Assembly (NCBI GenBank): GCA_035626435.1
Contig: DASPNQ010000075.1
Coordinates: 124-64,123 of the forward strand
From: Vicinamibacterales bacterium
GTDB lineage: Bacteria; Acidobacteriota; Vicinamibacteria; Vicinamibacterales; UBA2999
Reading direction: 5' to 3'
DNA length: 64,000 nt
In this document: piece after piece, positions 10,086 to 18,747 of the stretch
Position numbering within the stretch: position 1 is the stretch's first letter
Layout: the number at the start of each line of letters is the position of its first letter
Notes under the pieces: model-generated
What the model was told of the DNA's origin: nothing
What the model saw: only the letters and a program-made list of their open reading frames with translations
The model's database searches: none
Translations under genes and position numbers: made by a program

Positions 10086-11165
10086 TCACTTGACGTTGCC
10101 GTCGAGGATTTCGTACGCGCGACGCATGGCGTGATTGGGGACGATCCCCGGCGCTTTGATCGTCGGATAGTTCACTGATTGGGCTCGCAGGTCGACCAGT
10201 TTCGCCGCCTCCTCCCACGGCGTCCCGGCCTTGTGAAACCGCTGCGCCTGCGTCCAGAAGTCGCGCAGGTAGGCCTGCCAGTGATCGAGCGATGCCTTCC
10301 CGGTCATGGCTCTACCGTGCCCAGGCAGGATGGTGTCGAACTCCAACTGCTTCAGCCTCTCCATCGTCTCGATCCAGTCCGTAAAGAACGCGTCGCCCAT
10401 GTACGAGGGACCGTTGATGAGCAGATCGCCGGTGGCGACGATGCGCTCTTTCGGCAGGTAGACGACGACGTCGCCGGCGGTGTGGCCGCGTCCGAGGAAC
10501 AGAATGCGGATCTCACGCCCGCCGCGATGCAGCGTCAGCGTGTTGTTGAGCGTCATCGTCGGCGGTGTCGGCTGGACCGCATTCGTCCCTTCGAGATGGT
10601 TGCGCTGGATGGCGAGCTGATCCTCGAGCTGCGCGCGGCTCTTGTCATGGGTCGCGGCCGCGAGACGTCCCTCGAGGTTCTTGACGGTATTGGCGACGCC
10701 GCCGACAAAGAATTCTCGAGCGGGGGAGTCCTGCGACTTGCCGGCGACCATCTGCGCGCGCGTGAAGTCGTGGCCGATGATCTCCACTTCGGGTCCGTAG
10801 ATCTGATTGCCGTGCGAGTGGTCGAAGTGATAATGCGAGTTGACGACCCAGCGAATCGGCTTCGGCGTGACCGCCTTGAGCTCTTCGCGTAGCGCCCACG
10901 CGCCCCCCGGGCTGACGTGGGAGTCGACGACCAGCACGTCGCGATCGCCTTCGATGATCGCGGCGTTCGACATCACCACCAGGTTGCCGGTGCCGATGGC
11001 GTGGTAGACGCCTTCGGCGATTTTCGTGAAGGTAAAGGCCTGTCCCTTGTAGCTCGTTCCGGGCGGTTTCCCGGCAGCCGGCGCCTGCTCAACAAACGTG
11101 GCGGACATGGCCACGGATCCGAGGCCGAGGATCGTGGTGAGAATGAGGAGACGGCTGCGGGTCAT
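10086..11165 (-). CDS. Secreted MBL-fold metallo-hydrolase
   Basis: Signal peptide MTRSRLLILTTILGLGSVAMSA. Metallo-beta-lactamase motif HYHFDHSHGN and a later GHTAGD. Confidence 0.8.
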   Translation of the reverse strand: MTRSRLLILTTILGLGSVAMSATFVEQAPAAGKPPGTSYKGQAFTFTKIAEGVYHAIGTGNLVVMSNAAIIEGDRDVLVVDSHVSPGGAWALREELKAVTPKPIRWVVNSHYHFDHSHGNQIYGPEVEIIGHDFTRAQMVAGKSQDSPAREFFVGGVANTVKNLEGRLAAATHDKSRAQLEDQLAIQRNHLEGTNAVQPTPPTMTLNNTLTLHRGGREIRILFLGRGHTAGDVVVYLPKERIVATGDLLINGPSYMGDAFFTDWIETMERLKQLEFDTILPGHGRAMTGKASLDHWQAYLRDFWTQAQRFHKAGTPWEEAAKLVDLRAQSVNYPTIKAPGIVPNHAMRRAYEILDGNVK

Positions 11166-11188
11166 GGAGCGGGATTATACGCTCCGCC

Positions 11189-11226
11189 AAAAATGAAGAG
11201 GGCGCATCCTCATCGGACGCGCCCTC
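11189..11226 (-). terminator. Intrinsic terminator downstream of the creatininase-like gene
   Basis: 8-bp stem GAGGGCGC/GCGCCCTC (11198-11205 with 11219-11226). On the minus strand it is followed by TTCATTTTT. Confidence 0.55.
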
Positions 11227-11256
11227 TCATTTCTGCGGCGGCCGGCAATGCCGGCG

Positions 11257-12213
11257 TTACTGCTGCGCGGCGCTGGTCGGCTTGCTCTTGGCGGCGATGT
11301 GCTTGTTGATCGCCTCGATCGTCTTGGTCGCGCGGAATTCGACGATTTTCTTCGCCAGCTCCATGTTCTTGGCGCGGTTGCTGATGTCGACGCCGTTGAT
11401 GGTGGCCTTGCCGGCCTTGACACGTTCGTCATAGCGCACCGACTTCGGATCGTCGATGAACATGTTCAGCGTGATGATCGGGTCGTCGTGCATGCCGTCC
11501 GACTTGCCTTCCTTGAGGCCCTGGCCCTCCATGTACTTCGACACGCTGGCGTAGTCGTAGTACTCGCCGATGTGCAGCGCGAGCGCCTTGCCGCCCCACT
11601 TCGCGGTCAGCTTGTCGGCGACGGCCTGCTGGCCCTTCTGATTACCGCCGCTGTCGCCGATGAAGATGATGTTTTTGAAGCCGTGCGCCTGCAGGCTCTC
11701 GGCGATATCGGTCAGCAGCGCCTGATACGTCTCTTCGCGGGCGCTGATCGTGCCCGGCGAGGTCATGTGCCCGCTCTTCGGCTCGATGTTGCCCTCGGGC
11801 ACGAACTTGACGATCGGCGCGCAGAGAGCATTGCCCATCTTGCGGGCGATCGCGTCGCAATTGGCGTGCAGCACGTAATTGTGTTTGCCGGTGACGAGCC
11901 ACACGCCGTTGGGCTCCATGCCGCCGGTCGGCACAATCACGTTGGTCTTGCCGGCCTTGAGCGCGTCCCGCACGTCAATCCAGGTCATCTCCTCGAGCCA
12001 CACCGTGTTTGGCTGCGGCAGAGGATTCGCAACATCGTTGCAGTTATATGGGTTGTCGCGACAATCGCCGCCACCCATCGAGCGGGGATCGGGCTCGCGA
12101 CGCTGGCGCTCCTGTTGCGGCTGTCCGGGAGCGCCGGCGGCACCCGGCTGCTGGGCATACGCGGTACCCGCCAAGACGACCAAGCTGAGAGCGACTAGAG
12201 CAGTGTGTGTCAT
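11257..12213 (-). CDS. Creatininase-family (amidohydrolase-like) secreted protein, divergent
   Basis: ORF 11257..12246. The likely start is MTHTALVALSLVVLAGTAYAQ (ATG at 12213). Motifs VIVPTGGMEPNG and IIFIGDSGGNQ resemble the creatininase-family metal and GHGGN regions but are not canonical. Confidence 0.45.
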   Translation of the reverse strand: MTHTALVALSLVVLAGTAYAQQPGAAGAPGQPQQERQRREPDPRSMGGGDCRDNPYNCNDVANPLPQPNTVWLEEMTWIDVRDALKAGKTNVIVPTGGMEPNGVWLVTGKHNYVLHANCDAIARKMGNALCAPIVKFVPEGNIEPKSGHMTSPGTISAREETYQALLTDIAESLQAHGFKNIIFIGDSGGNQKGQQAVADKLTAKWGGKALALHIGEYYDYASVSKYMEGQGLKEGKSDGMHDDPIITLNMFIDDPKSVRYDERVKAGKATINGVDISNRAKNMELAKKIVEFRATKTIEAINKHIAAKSKPTSAAQQ

Positions 12214-12315
12214 ATGTCCTCGTGATTCGATACGTTCAACTCGCACGGAGCCTCAAAAAACGAAAATCGCCGCGTAAAACGGAACCTCCACGCCTAACGG
12301 GCTCGTCGCGGCATC

Positions 12316-13185
12316 CTAGAATCCGGGCTTGTAGCGGAACGTCCCGTCTTCCATGCGTTCGCGGTACTTGCCGTGGCACGACGCGCACGTCGCGCCGAGC
12401 GGCGCGATCGAGGTCTTGGCGGCTTCCACGTTGTTGAGGCCCAGGTTGACCAGGATCGCCTCCGCGTGATTCTTGCCCTCGGTCGCCCATTTCAACGCTT
12501 CGGCATTGTTCTTGGCCTTGAAGAACGCCTCGATTTCCGTGAATGCCGTCTTGAGTATCGTCGCCTGTTCCTTGCTGGCCGCGACGTCCTTGCTGTCGAG
12601 CGCCTTGCGCACCGCGCCCTGCGCCGGCGGCAGTCGCGTCATGATTTTCTGCAGCGCCAGGTCGTCGGCGGTCATCGGCGGAATCGGCTTCTTCGCGATG
12701 TCGATGCCCGAGTTGTTGATCACGGCGGTGGCCAGCACCACCGGCTTGCCGGCGTATTTCTGGACGTCGGCGGGCGACAGATCGATCTTGTAGTCCTTCA
12801 GCTTTGCCGCGACCTCTTTCTCGTCGAACTTGATCAGCTCACCGATCACGGTGACATAGCCGTTCTGCTCCGCGGGCTGCTGCAGCGACGGCGCCAGCAC
12901 GAGCACCTCTTTCCCGGTGGCCTTGCTCTTGTCCTGATCCACCGAGAACGAAGTTTTCGACAGGTTCGCTTCAACAGCGCCGGTCATCGTGACGAATTCG
13001 CCGATGTAAGGATCCGGGTTGGCGGCAACCGAGCTGGCCGCGACGGGCACGAGCGGCTTCGGCGGTGTGTTCGCGGGCGGGGGCGCCTGTCCGCCCTGCG
13101 TCAGCGTGGTGGCGGTCAATGACGCCAGCATCGCGGTCAGCGCGAGGGCGCCCACGATGGCGGTGGTCTTGGTCGAACGTTGCAT
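12316..13185 (-). CDS. Secreted two-domain protein with C-terminal class II (cytochrome c'-like) heme c site
   Basis: Signal peptide present. A single CxxCH (CASCH) lies about 20 residues from the C-terminus, after a helical region. That placement is typical of four-helix-bundle class II cytochromes c. The N-terminal roughly 160 aa are unrelated. Confidence 0.5.
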   Translation of the reverse strand: MQRSTKTTAIVGALALTAMLASLTATTLTQGGQAPPPANTPPKPLVPVAASSVAANPDPYIGEFVTMTGAVEANLSKTSFSVDQDKSKATGKEVLVLAPSLQQPAEQNGYVTVIGELIKFDEKEVAAKLKDYKIDLSPADVQKYAGKPVVLATAVINNSGIDIAKKPIPPMTADDLALQKIMTRLPPAQGAVRKALDSKDVAASKEQATILKTAFTEIEAFFKAKNNAEALKWATEGKNHAEAILVNLGLNNVEAAKTSIAPLGATCASCHGKYRERMEDGTFRYKPGF

Positions 13186-13298
13186 GAATAACTCCTCAGC
13201 GCCTGCCGTCGCGGCCGGCGGCCGCCGTAGCGAGGTTTCGCGTCGCTCGCTCGATCGCCGGCGAGCGCAGGCGGAAACATTGTAATGGATACGGTAGG

Positions 13299-14264
13299 AT
13301 GGGCGCGGCCGTAACGCCGCACACCGGAGGGTGGATGCTCGCTCGCACGTCTTTGTTTGTAACGGCGTGGCTCATCATTGTCGCATCGCTCTCAGCCGCT
13401 CAGACACTCCCGAAGCCGACTGGCCGCGTCAACGATTTCGCCGACCTCATCGACGCGGCAACCGAGGCAGAGATCGATCGTCGGCTCGCTCAACTCGAAC
13501 AGCAAACGTCATCTGAAATCGCCGTGGCGACGGTGCACTCGCTGGACGGAATGCCCGTTGACGAATACGCCAACCGGCTGTTTCAGGCGTGGAGCGTCGG
13601 CCGGGCGAACGAAGATAACGGCGTGCTCGTCGTCGTTGCGCCGAACGAGCGGGAAATGCGCATCGAGGTCGGCTATGGCCTTGAAGGCGTGCTGCCGGAC
13701 GGCCTCGCCGGCCAGATTATCCGCGAGCAGTTCACGCCGCGGTTTCGCGAGAACGATTATGCGGGCGGCATTCGCGACGGTGTTTATCGCATTGCCGATG
13801 TCGTCGGCAAACAGCAAGTTCTGACGCCCGAACAGATCGCCGCGTTGGACGATCACGCCGGCGATGGCGTCCCCGAGTGGATCCTGATTCCCTTCTTTGG
13901 GTTGTTCGTGACGATCGGTTTCGGCATGGTCGGCCTCGGGGTGCGGACCAAGACCGGCTTTCCTCTGTTGTTCGGCAGTTTCTTCGGCGGCCTGCCGCTA
14001 TTGATGTCGCTGCTGTTCGTGCCCGCTGTCGCAGCGGTGACGCTGGTGCCCTTGGCGTTGTTCATCGCGATCGTCGGATATCGCCTCGGCGGCCGCCCCT
14101 CATGGCGGAACGCATTTCGCGACGGCGGCGGCGGAAAGGGCGGGTCATCCACCGGTTGGACGATGGGCACCTCGGGGTCAGGACGGTCTGGTGGATCGAG
14201 CGGCTCGAGCTCGTCATTTGGTGGTGGTTCGTCGGGCGGCGGCGGGGCGTCGGGCCGATGGTGA
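13299..14264 (+). CDS. TPM-domain (YgcG-like) membrane protein with Gly/Ser-rich tail
   Basis: GRVNDFADLIDAATEAEIDRRLAQLEQQTSSEIAVATVHSL...NGVLVVVAPNEREMRIEVGYGLEG is the TPM fold signature. TM segments and a GGSSG-rich C-terminus follow. The start may instead be the internal Met at 13335. Confidence 0.8.
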   Translation: MGAAVTPHTGGWMLARTSLFVTAWLIIVASLSAAQTLPKPTGRVNDFADLIDAATEAEIDRRLAQLEQQTSSEIAVATVHSLDGMPVDEYANRLFQAWSVGRANEDNGVLVVVAPNEREMRIEVGYGLEGVLPDGLAGQIIREQFTPRFRENDYAGGIRDGVYRIADVVGKQQVLTPEQIAALDDHAGDGVPEWILIPFFGLFVTIGFGMVGLGVRTKTGFPLLFGSFFGGLPLLMSLLFVPAVAAVTLVPLALFIAIVGYRLGGRPSWRNAFRDGGGGKGGSSTGWTMGTSGSGRSGGSSGSSSSFGGGSSGGGGASGRW

Positions 14265-14827
14265 CTCGCGCGGCGGCCGGTGTGTTGGGTTTGTGGGGGA
14301 CCGTCGGCGCAACGTTCGCCGTCGCCGGGTGCTCCTACTTGCCTGCTGCGAAAGAGCGTTCGCGCGCGCACGAACAGATTGGTTCGGTTCCCGGCGTGAT
14401 TATGGTGACGGTTGGATGCGGCAGTCGTGTCTTCGCAAGCAATTCGGTGTGCGCCGATGTGATCATGAAGAACCGCGCGACGCTGCGCTTCGATCGCGTC
14501 GGCGCCCAATCGTTCGGCGCGACGGCCGTCAACATCTTCGTCACCGAGGCCGGCGGACTGGTGCCGCGGCTGGCGTCGTGCACTGCGGTCGACACGCCGA
14601 ACTTCCACCGTTCAGGCCCGCTTGGGCATCACTTTCGCCCGTCGCTGATCGACCTGCCGGAAGCCATCACGAGACATCGCGAACTGCTGACCGAAGTCCA
14701 ATACTGGCCGCGCTGTCCGTTGTTCTGGGAAGTGCAGGATCGACGTGGTGCGCGCTATCGCTACTGCGCGCGCAAGCCTGACGCCGTCGACGAGCCGCCG
14801 AAGCCGGAGGGTTGTGCGGTTCAATGA
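14258..14827 (+). CDS. Hypothetical lipoprotein
   Basis: The ATG at 14258 overlaps the upstream stop (ATGGTGA). Lipobox ...FAVAGC. No recognisable family. Confidence 0.5.
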   Translation: MVTRAAAGVLGLWGTVGATFAVAGCSYLPAAKERSRAHEQIGSVPGVIMVTVGCGSRVFASNSVCADVIMKNRATLRFDRVGAQSFGATAVNIFVTEAGGLVPRLASCTAVDTPNFHRSGPLGHHFRPSLIDLPEAITRHRELLTEVQYWPRCPLFWEVQDRRGARYRYCARKPDAVDEPPKPEGCAVQ

Positions 14828-14875
14828 CGCGGGCATCGTGACGGAGGCGGCGGTCGTCGCCGCGCGCCGATCCGC

Positions 14876-15916
14876 TCAAGTTTCTTGATAGCGGGCAAAC
14901 TGGCCGGGACCGCCCTGTTTGGCGCGGTACATGGCGTGGTCCGCGTGCCGAATCAGCGTGTCCGGATCATCGCCGTGCGCCGGATATTCGCTGATGCCGA
15001 CGCTGCAACTGATGTGAATATCGGGGCAGGTCGGCAGCTCGGTCCAGACCGGCGCGATCGGCCGCGCCACGGCGGCGATGATCTTGCCGGCGACCGCGGC
15101 GACGTCGGCGGTCTTGGCGCCGCACTCGGCGATCACCACGAACTCGTCGCCGCCATAGCGGGCGACCGTATCGGTAATGCGCAGGCAGCCTTTGAGCCGG
15201 TCCGCGGTAAGTCGTAGGACCTCGTCGCCGGCGCGATGGCCATGCGTATCGTTGACGGGTTTGAAGTCGTCCAGGTCGATCAGCAGCACGGCGACAATCT
15301 CGTTGCTGCGCCGCGCGCGGGCCATCGCCTGAAGCAGGCGATCGTGGAGTACCCGGCGGTTGGGCAGGCCGGTCAGCGCGTCATGCTGCGCGAGCAATTG
15401 CGCCGCCCGCTCGCGCTCTTTGAACGCGGTGATGTCGGAGCGCAGCACGACCATGTAGCCATCCGGCATGCGGTGCCGGATCGACTGCACCCATCGGCCG
15501 TTCTTCAGTTGCTGAACGTACGGGACGCCGTCCGCGCGGCGATGAATGGCCATGCGATCGGCAACCCACTTGTCGACATCGCCGCCGTACTCCGGCGGGA
15601 TCGGCTGCCCGTGCTCGATCTGCTTGCGAATGATCGTTTCGACATGGGTGCCGATCAGGGACGTCGCGTTGAGCTGCGTTTCGCCGAACCCCTCCAGCAT
15701 CGACGCGTAGACCTGATTGCAAAGGATGACGCGGTCGTCGGCGTCGAACAGCGCGAAGCCGTCGGTCATGCTGTCGACGGCGCGCATCAGGATGTCGCCG
15801 GCGTTCTCCAGGCGAGGTCGGTTCACGGCCGGTGAGAGTAGCACGCGGCCGAACGGTAGAGCTAATCCGAATGCCGGTGGTGGTACGCTGCAGACGTGGA
15901 GCAGCGCAAGCGGCAC
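14876..15916 (-). CDS. PAS-domain diguanylate cyclase (GGDEF)
   Basis: PAS-like N-terminus (DGFALFDADDRVILCN) and GGDEF domain (RYGGDEFVV). The true start is possibly the internal Met at 15787, which would remove the head-to-head overlap with pssA. Confidence 0.8.
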   Translation of the reverse strand: MPLALLHVCSVPPPAFGLALPFGRVLLSPAVNRPRLENAGDILMRAVDSMTDGFALFDADDRVILCNQVYASMLEGFGETQLNATSLIGTHVETIIRKQIEHGQPIPPEYGGDVDKWVADRMAIHRRADGVPYVQQLKNGRWVQSIRHRMPDGYMVVLRSDITAFKERERAAQLLAQHDALTGLPNRRVLHDRLLQAMARARRSNEIVAVLLIDLDDFKPVNDTHGHRAGDEVLRLTADRLKGCLRITDTVARYGGDEFVVIAECGAKTADVAAVAGKIIAAVARPIAPVWTELPTCPDIHISCSVGISEYPAHGDDPDTLIRHADHAMYRAKQGGPGQFARYQET

Positions 15917-16525
15917 GTGTCGATGATCCGGTCCTATACCTGGGCGGACGTGCTGACGATCGGCAACGCCTCCGCCGGCACCATCGCGATTTTCCTGTGC
16001 CTCGATTATCTCGCTACGGATCGGCCTCGGTATCTATGGACCGCGTTCATCCTGTTGCCGACCGCCTTGGTATGCGACGTCCTGGATGGTTACGTGGCGC
16101 GGCTGAACAAGAAACGGCAGTCCGTGCTCGGCGCGGACCTCGACTCGCTGGCGGATGTCATCTCGTTCGGCGTCGCGCCGGCGGTGCTTGGCTTCACCCT
16201 TGGGTTGCGCGGCGGGTGGGACATTCTGATCCTGACCTACTTCGTCGTCTGCGGCGTCAGCCGTCTGGCCCGCTTCAACGTGACGGCGGCGGCATTAGCG
16301 GACGAGACCACGGGCAAGGTGAAGTACTTCGAAGGGACGCCGATCCCGACGAGCATTCTGATCGTGGTGATGCTCGGCATCGCGCAGTACCTCGGGCATG
16401 TCGGTGACAACGTGTGGTTTGGCGCGGTGCGCATTCAGCCATGGCTGTTGCATCCGCTGTCGCTGGTCTATGCGTTGAGCGGCAGCGCGATGATCAGCGC
16501 GACGCTCAAGATACCAAAGCCCTGA
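15896..16525 (+). CDS. pssA: CDP-diacylglycerol--serine O-phosphatidyltransferase (CDP-alcohol phosphatidyltransferase family)
   Basis: CDP-alcohol motif DVLDGYVARLNKKRQSVLGADLDSLADVISFG in a multi-TM protein. The start is either GTG at 15896 or ATG at 15923. Confidence 0.8.
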   Translation: MEQRKRHVSMIRSYTWADVLTIGNASAGTIAIFLCLDYLATDRPRYLWTAFILLPTALVCDVLDGYVARLNKKRQSVLGADLDSLADVISFGVAPAVLGFTLGLRGGWDILILTYFVVCGVSRLARFNVTAAALADETTGKVKYFEGTPIPTSILIVVMLGIAQYLGHVGDNVWFGAVRIQPWLLHPLSLVYALSGSAMISATLKIPKP

Positions 16526-16590
16526 TTCGCAGCCGCCAAGCGTCGTTGCTGGTTGGCGTGTGACCGTTTCGACGGGCGTATGATGGCGCG

Positions 16591-17313
16591 ATGAGGATGA
16601 GCCTTCGTACCCAGCTTCGAGTCTTGCAGATCTACGCGGCCATCAGCGTCGCCGTGCTCGTGTTTGTGTCGGTATCGGCCTTCAGTCAGCCGGCGGCGCA
16701 GCGCATCGAGGAGCTGACCGTGCAGCGCATCAATGTCGTCGACGCCAACGGCACCCTGCGGATGGTGATCGCCAACAAGGACAAGATGCATCCCGGCGTC
16801 CTCGACGGCGTGGTGATCAACCGGCCGCGGCCGGTGGCGGGGATGTTGTTTTTCAACGACGAAGGTGACGAAGTGGGCGGGCTGACGTTCACGGGCACCG
16901 ACGACAACGGCCGCCGCGCCAACGCCGGCGTGATGTTCGATCAGCTCAAACAGGATCAGACGATCGGCATCAGTTACAGCGAGACTCCCGACGGCAGACG
17001 GCAGGCCGGACTGCAGGTGTGGGATCGATCGGACCAGCCGCTCAGCGATCTGATCAAAGGACTGAACGCGGCAAACGCCTTGCCGGAGGGCCCGCAGCGT
17101 GACGCCGCGGTCAAGGCCGTGCGCGCCAAGGCGCCGCCGGGGCCGGTGCGATTGTTCGCCGGCAAGACGCCCGATCGCGCCGCGCAGGTCGGGTTGTCCG
17201 ACGCCAACGGCAAGCCGCGCCTGGTGATGAAGGTCGCGGCCGACGGTACCGCGTCCATCGACTTCCTCGACGCCGACGGCAAGACGATGCATCGGATTCA
17301 GGCGCCGCAGTAA
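16591..17313 (+). CDS. Hypothetical membrane-anchored or secreted protein
   Basis: N-terminal hydrophobic anchor (IYAAISVAVLVFVSVSAF). Coding-like composition. No family recognised. Confidence 0.5.
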   Translation: MRMSLRTQLRVLQIYAAISVAVLVFVSVSAFSQPAAQRIEELTVQRINVVDANGTLRMVIANKDKMHPGVLDGVVINRPRPVAGMLFFNDEGDEVGGLTFTGTDDNGRRANAGVMFDQLKQDQTIGISYSETPDGRRQAGLQVWDRSDQPLSDLIKGLNAANALPEGPQRDAAVKAVRAKAPPGPVRLFAGKTPDRAAQVGLSDANGKPRLVMKVAADGTASIDFLDADGKTMHRIQAPQ

Positions 17314-17315
17314 CG

Positions 17316-18092
17316 ATGCCGCTTCCCGCCGACGCGCGCATCGGCCGAGTCAGCCTGACGGTCCAGAGCCGCGATCGCTCAATGTCGTTCTATCAGGATG
17401 TGCTCGGCTTTACAGGGGTCGAGGGCGGGCTTGCGCCTCCGGGCGGCCGCCAGCTGATCGAGCTTCATGAACGCCGCGACGCGGTGCCCCGGCCGGCGCG
17501 CCGCGCGGGGTTGTTTCACTTCGCGATTCTGGTGCCGTCGCGCGCTGCGTTGGGCCGATCGTTGCGCCGGCTGGCCGAGATGCGCTGGCCGCTGACCGGC
17601 GCCGCCGATCACCTCGTCAGCGAAGCCGTGTATCTCAACGATCCGGACGGCCTCGGCATCGAGATCTACCGCGATCGCAGCCGCGACACGTGGCGGTATC
17701 ACAACGGCGAACTGACGATGGCGACCGATCCGCTGGATGTGCAGGCGATCGCCGACGAGCCGGGGGCCGATGCGCCATGGATCGGCCTCGACCCGGCGAC
17801 GGTAATCGGGCACGTGCACCTGCACGTGCCGCATCTGCATACCGCGGAAGCGTTCTACTGCGGCGAGATCGGATTTGAAGCCACGGTCCGCCGTTATCCA
17901 GGCGCGTTGTTCGTGGCAGCGGGTGGCTATCATCATCATCTCGGCTTGAATACGTGGGCCGGCGCCGGCGCGCCGCCGCCGCCCGAGAACGCCGTCGGAC
18001 TGCGATCGTTCACGGTTGAATCGGGGCAACTCCAGCCGCGAGCGGTCGACGACGTCGCGACCGGTGTGTTGGTGTCGCTGGTATCGACGTAG
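17316..18092 (+). CDS. VOC-family (glyoxalase / extradiol dioxygenase-like) two-domain protein
   Basis: Two glyoxalase-type modules, beginning GRVSLTVQSRDRSMSFYQDVLGF and IGHVHLHVPHLHTAEAFYCGEIGFE. Confidence 0.7.
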   Translation: MPLPADARIGRVSLTVQSRDRSMSFYQDVLGFTGVEGGLAPPGGRQLIELHERRDAVPRPARRAGLFHFAILVPSRAALGRSLRRLAEMRWPLTGAADHLVSEAVYLNDPDGLGIEIYRDRSRDTWRYHNGELTMATDPLDVQAIADEPGADAPWIGLDPATVIGHVHLHVPHLHTAEAFYCGEIGFEATVRRYPGALFVAAGGYHHHLGLNTWAGAGAPPPPENAVGLRSFTVESGQLQPRAVDDVATGVLVSLVST

Positions 18093-18127
18093 GCCGTGCC
18101 GGTGCGGAATCGTAGAATGTTGGTCCG

Positions 18128-18700
18128 ATGCTGGTCGCGGTAATCGCGGCACTGCTGTTACAGCAGACGCCCGCGGAGCGGGAAATCGAGCGCCTCGCCA
18201 TGGACGGCTGGCGCGCGGCCCGGGCGGTGGCGCCGAAGGGCGGCGCGCTGGAGCTGCTCGGGCCGGTCAACGCGCGTCTCAAAGACCTCGACGCCTTTCC
18301 GCATACCGCCGCCCGCTACGCGGAAATCGCGATTCGCGCCGCTGTGGCCGCCGCACAGGAAGAGCGGGAGGAAATGATGGTCCTGCTCGCGCACGCACGA
18401 GACCTCTCGAAGCAGATGGCGCTGGCCGGTGCCGCGCCACGCTGGCCATTGCCGATCGACGAGATTGAAGGCGAGCTGTGGTTCGAGGTCGATCAGTTCG
18501 CGGAAGCCCGCGACGCGTTCGAGCGCGCGACGCAGGCTTCGCCCACGCCGAATGCGTGGGTCGGATTGGCGCGCGCGGCCGACAAACTCGGTGATGCCGT
18601 GACGGCATGCCGTGCCTATACCAGCGCCCAGGCGACGCCAGGGTTGCCACCATCGGTCGACCTGGAAATTGCCGTCTACCTGTTGAAGTGCAGTGCGTAA
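18128..18700 (+). CDS. Hypothetical helical (TPR-like?) protein
   Basis: 190-aa ORF with coding-like composition and a helical repeat character near the C-terminus. No family recognised. Confidence 0.4.
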   Translation: MLVAVIAALLLQQTPAEREIERLAMDGWRAARAVAPKGGALELLGPVNARLKDLDAFPHTAARYAEIAIRAAVAAAQEEREEMMVLLAHARDLSKQMALAGAAPRWPLPIDEIEGELWFEVDQFAEARDAFERATQASPTPNAWVGLARAADKLGDAVTACRAYTSAQATPGLPPSVDLEIAVYLLKCSA

Positions 18701-18747
18701 CGGGTTTTGCCGGGTGCGGCGGCCGTCCCCGTTACAATGAGCGGTAT

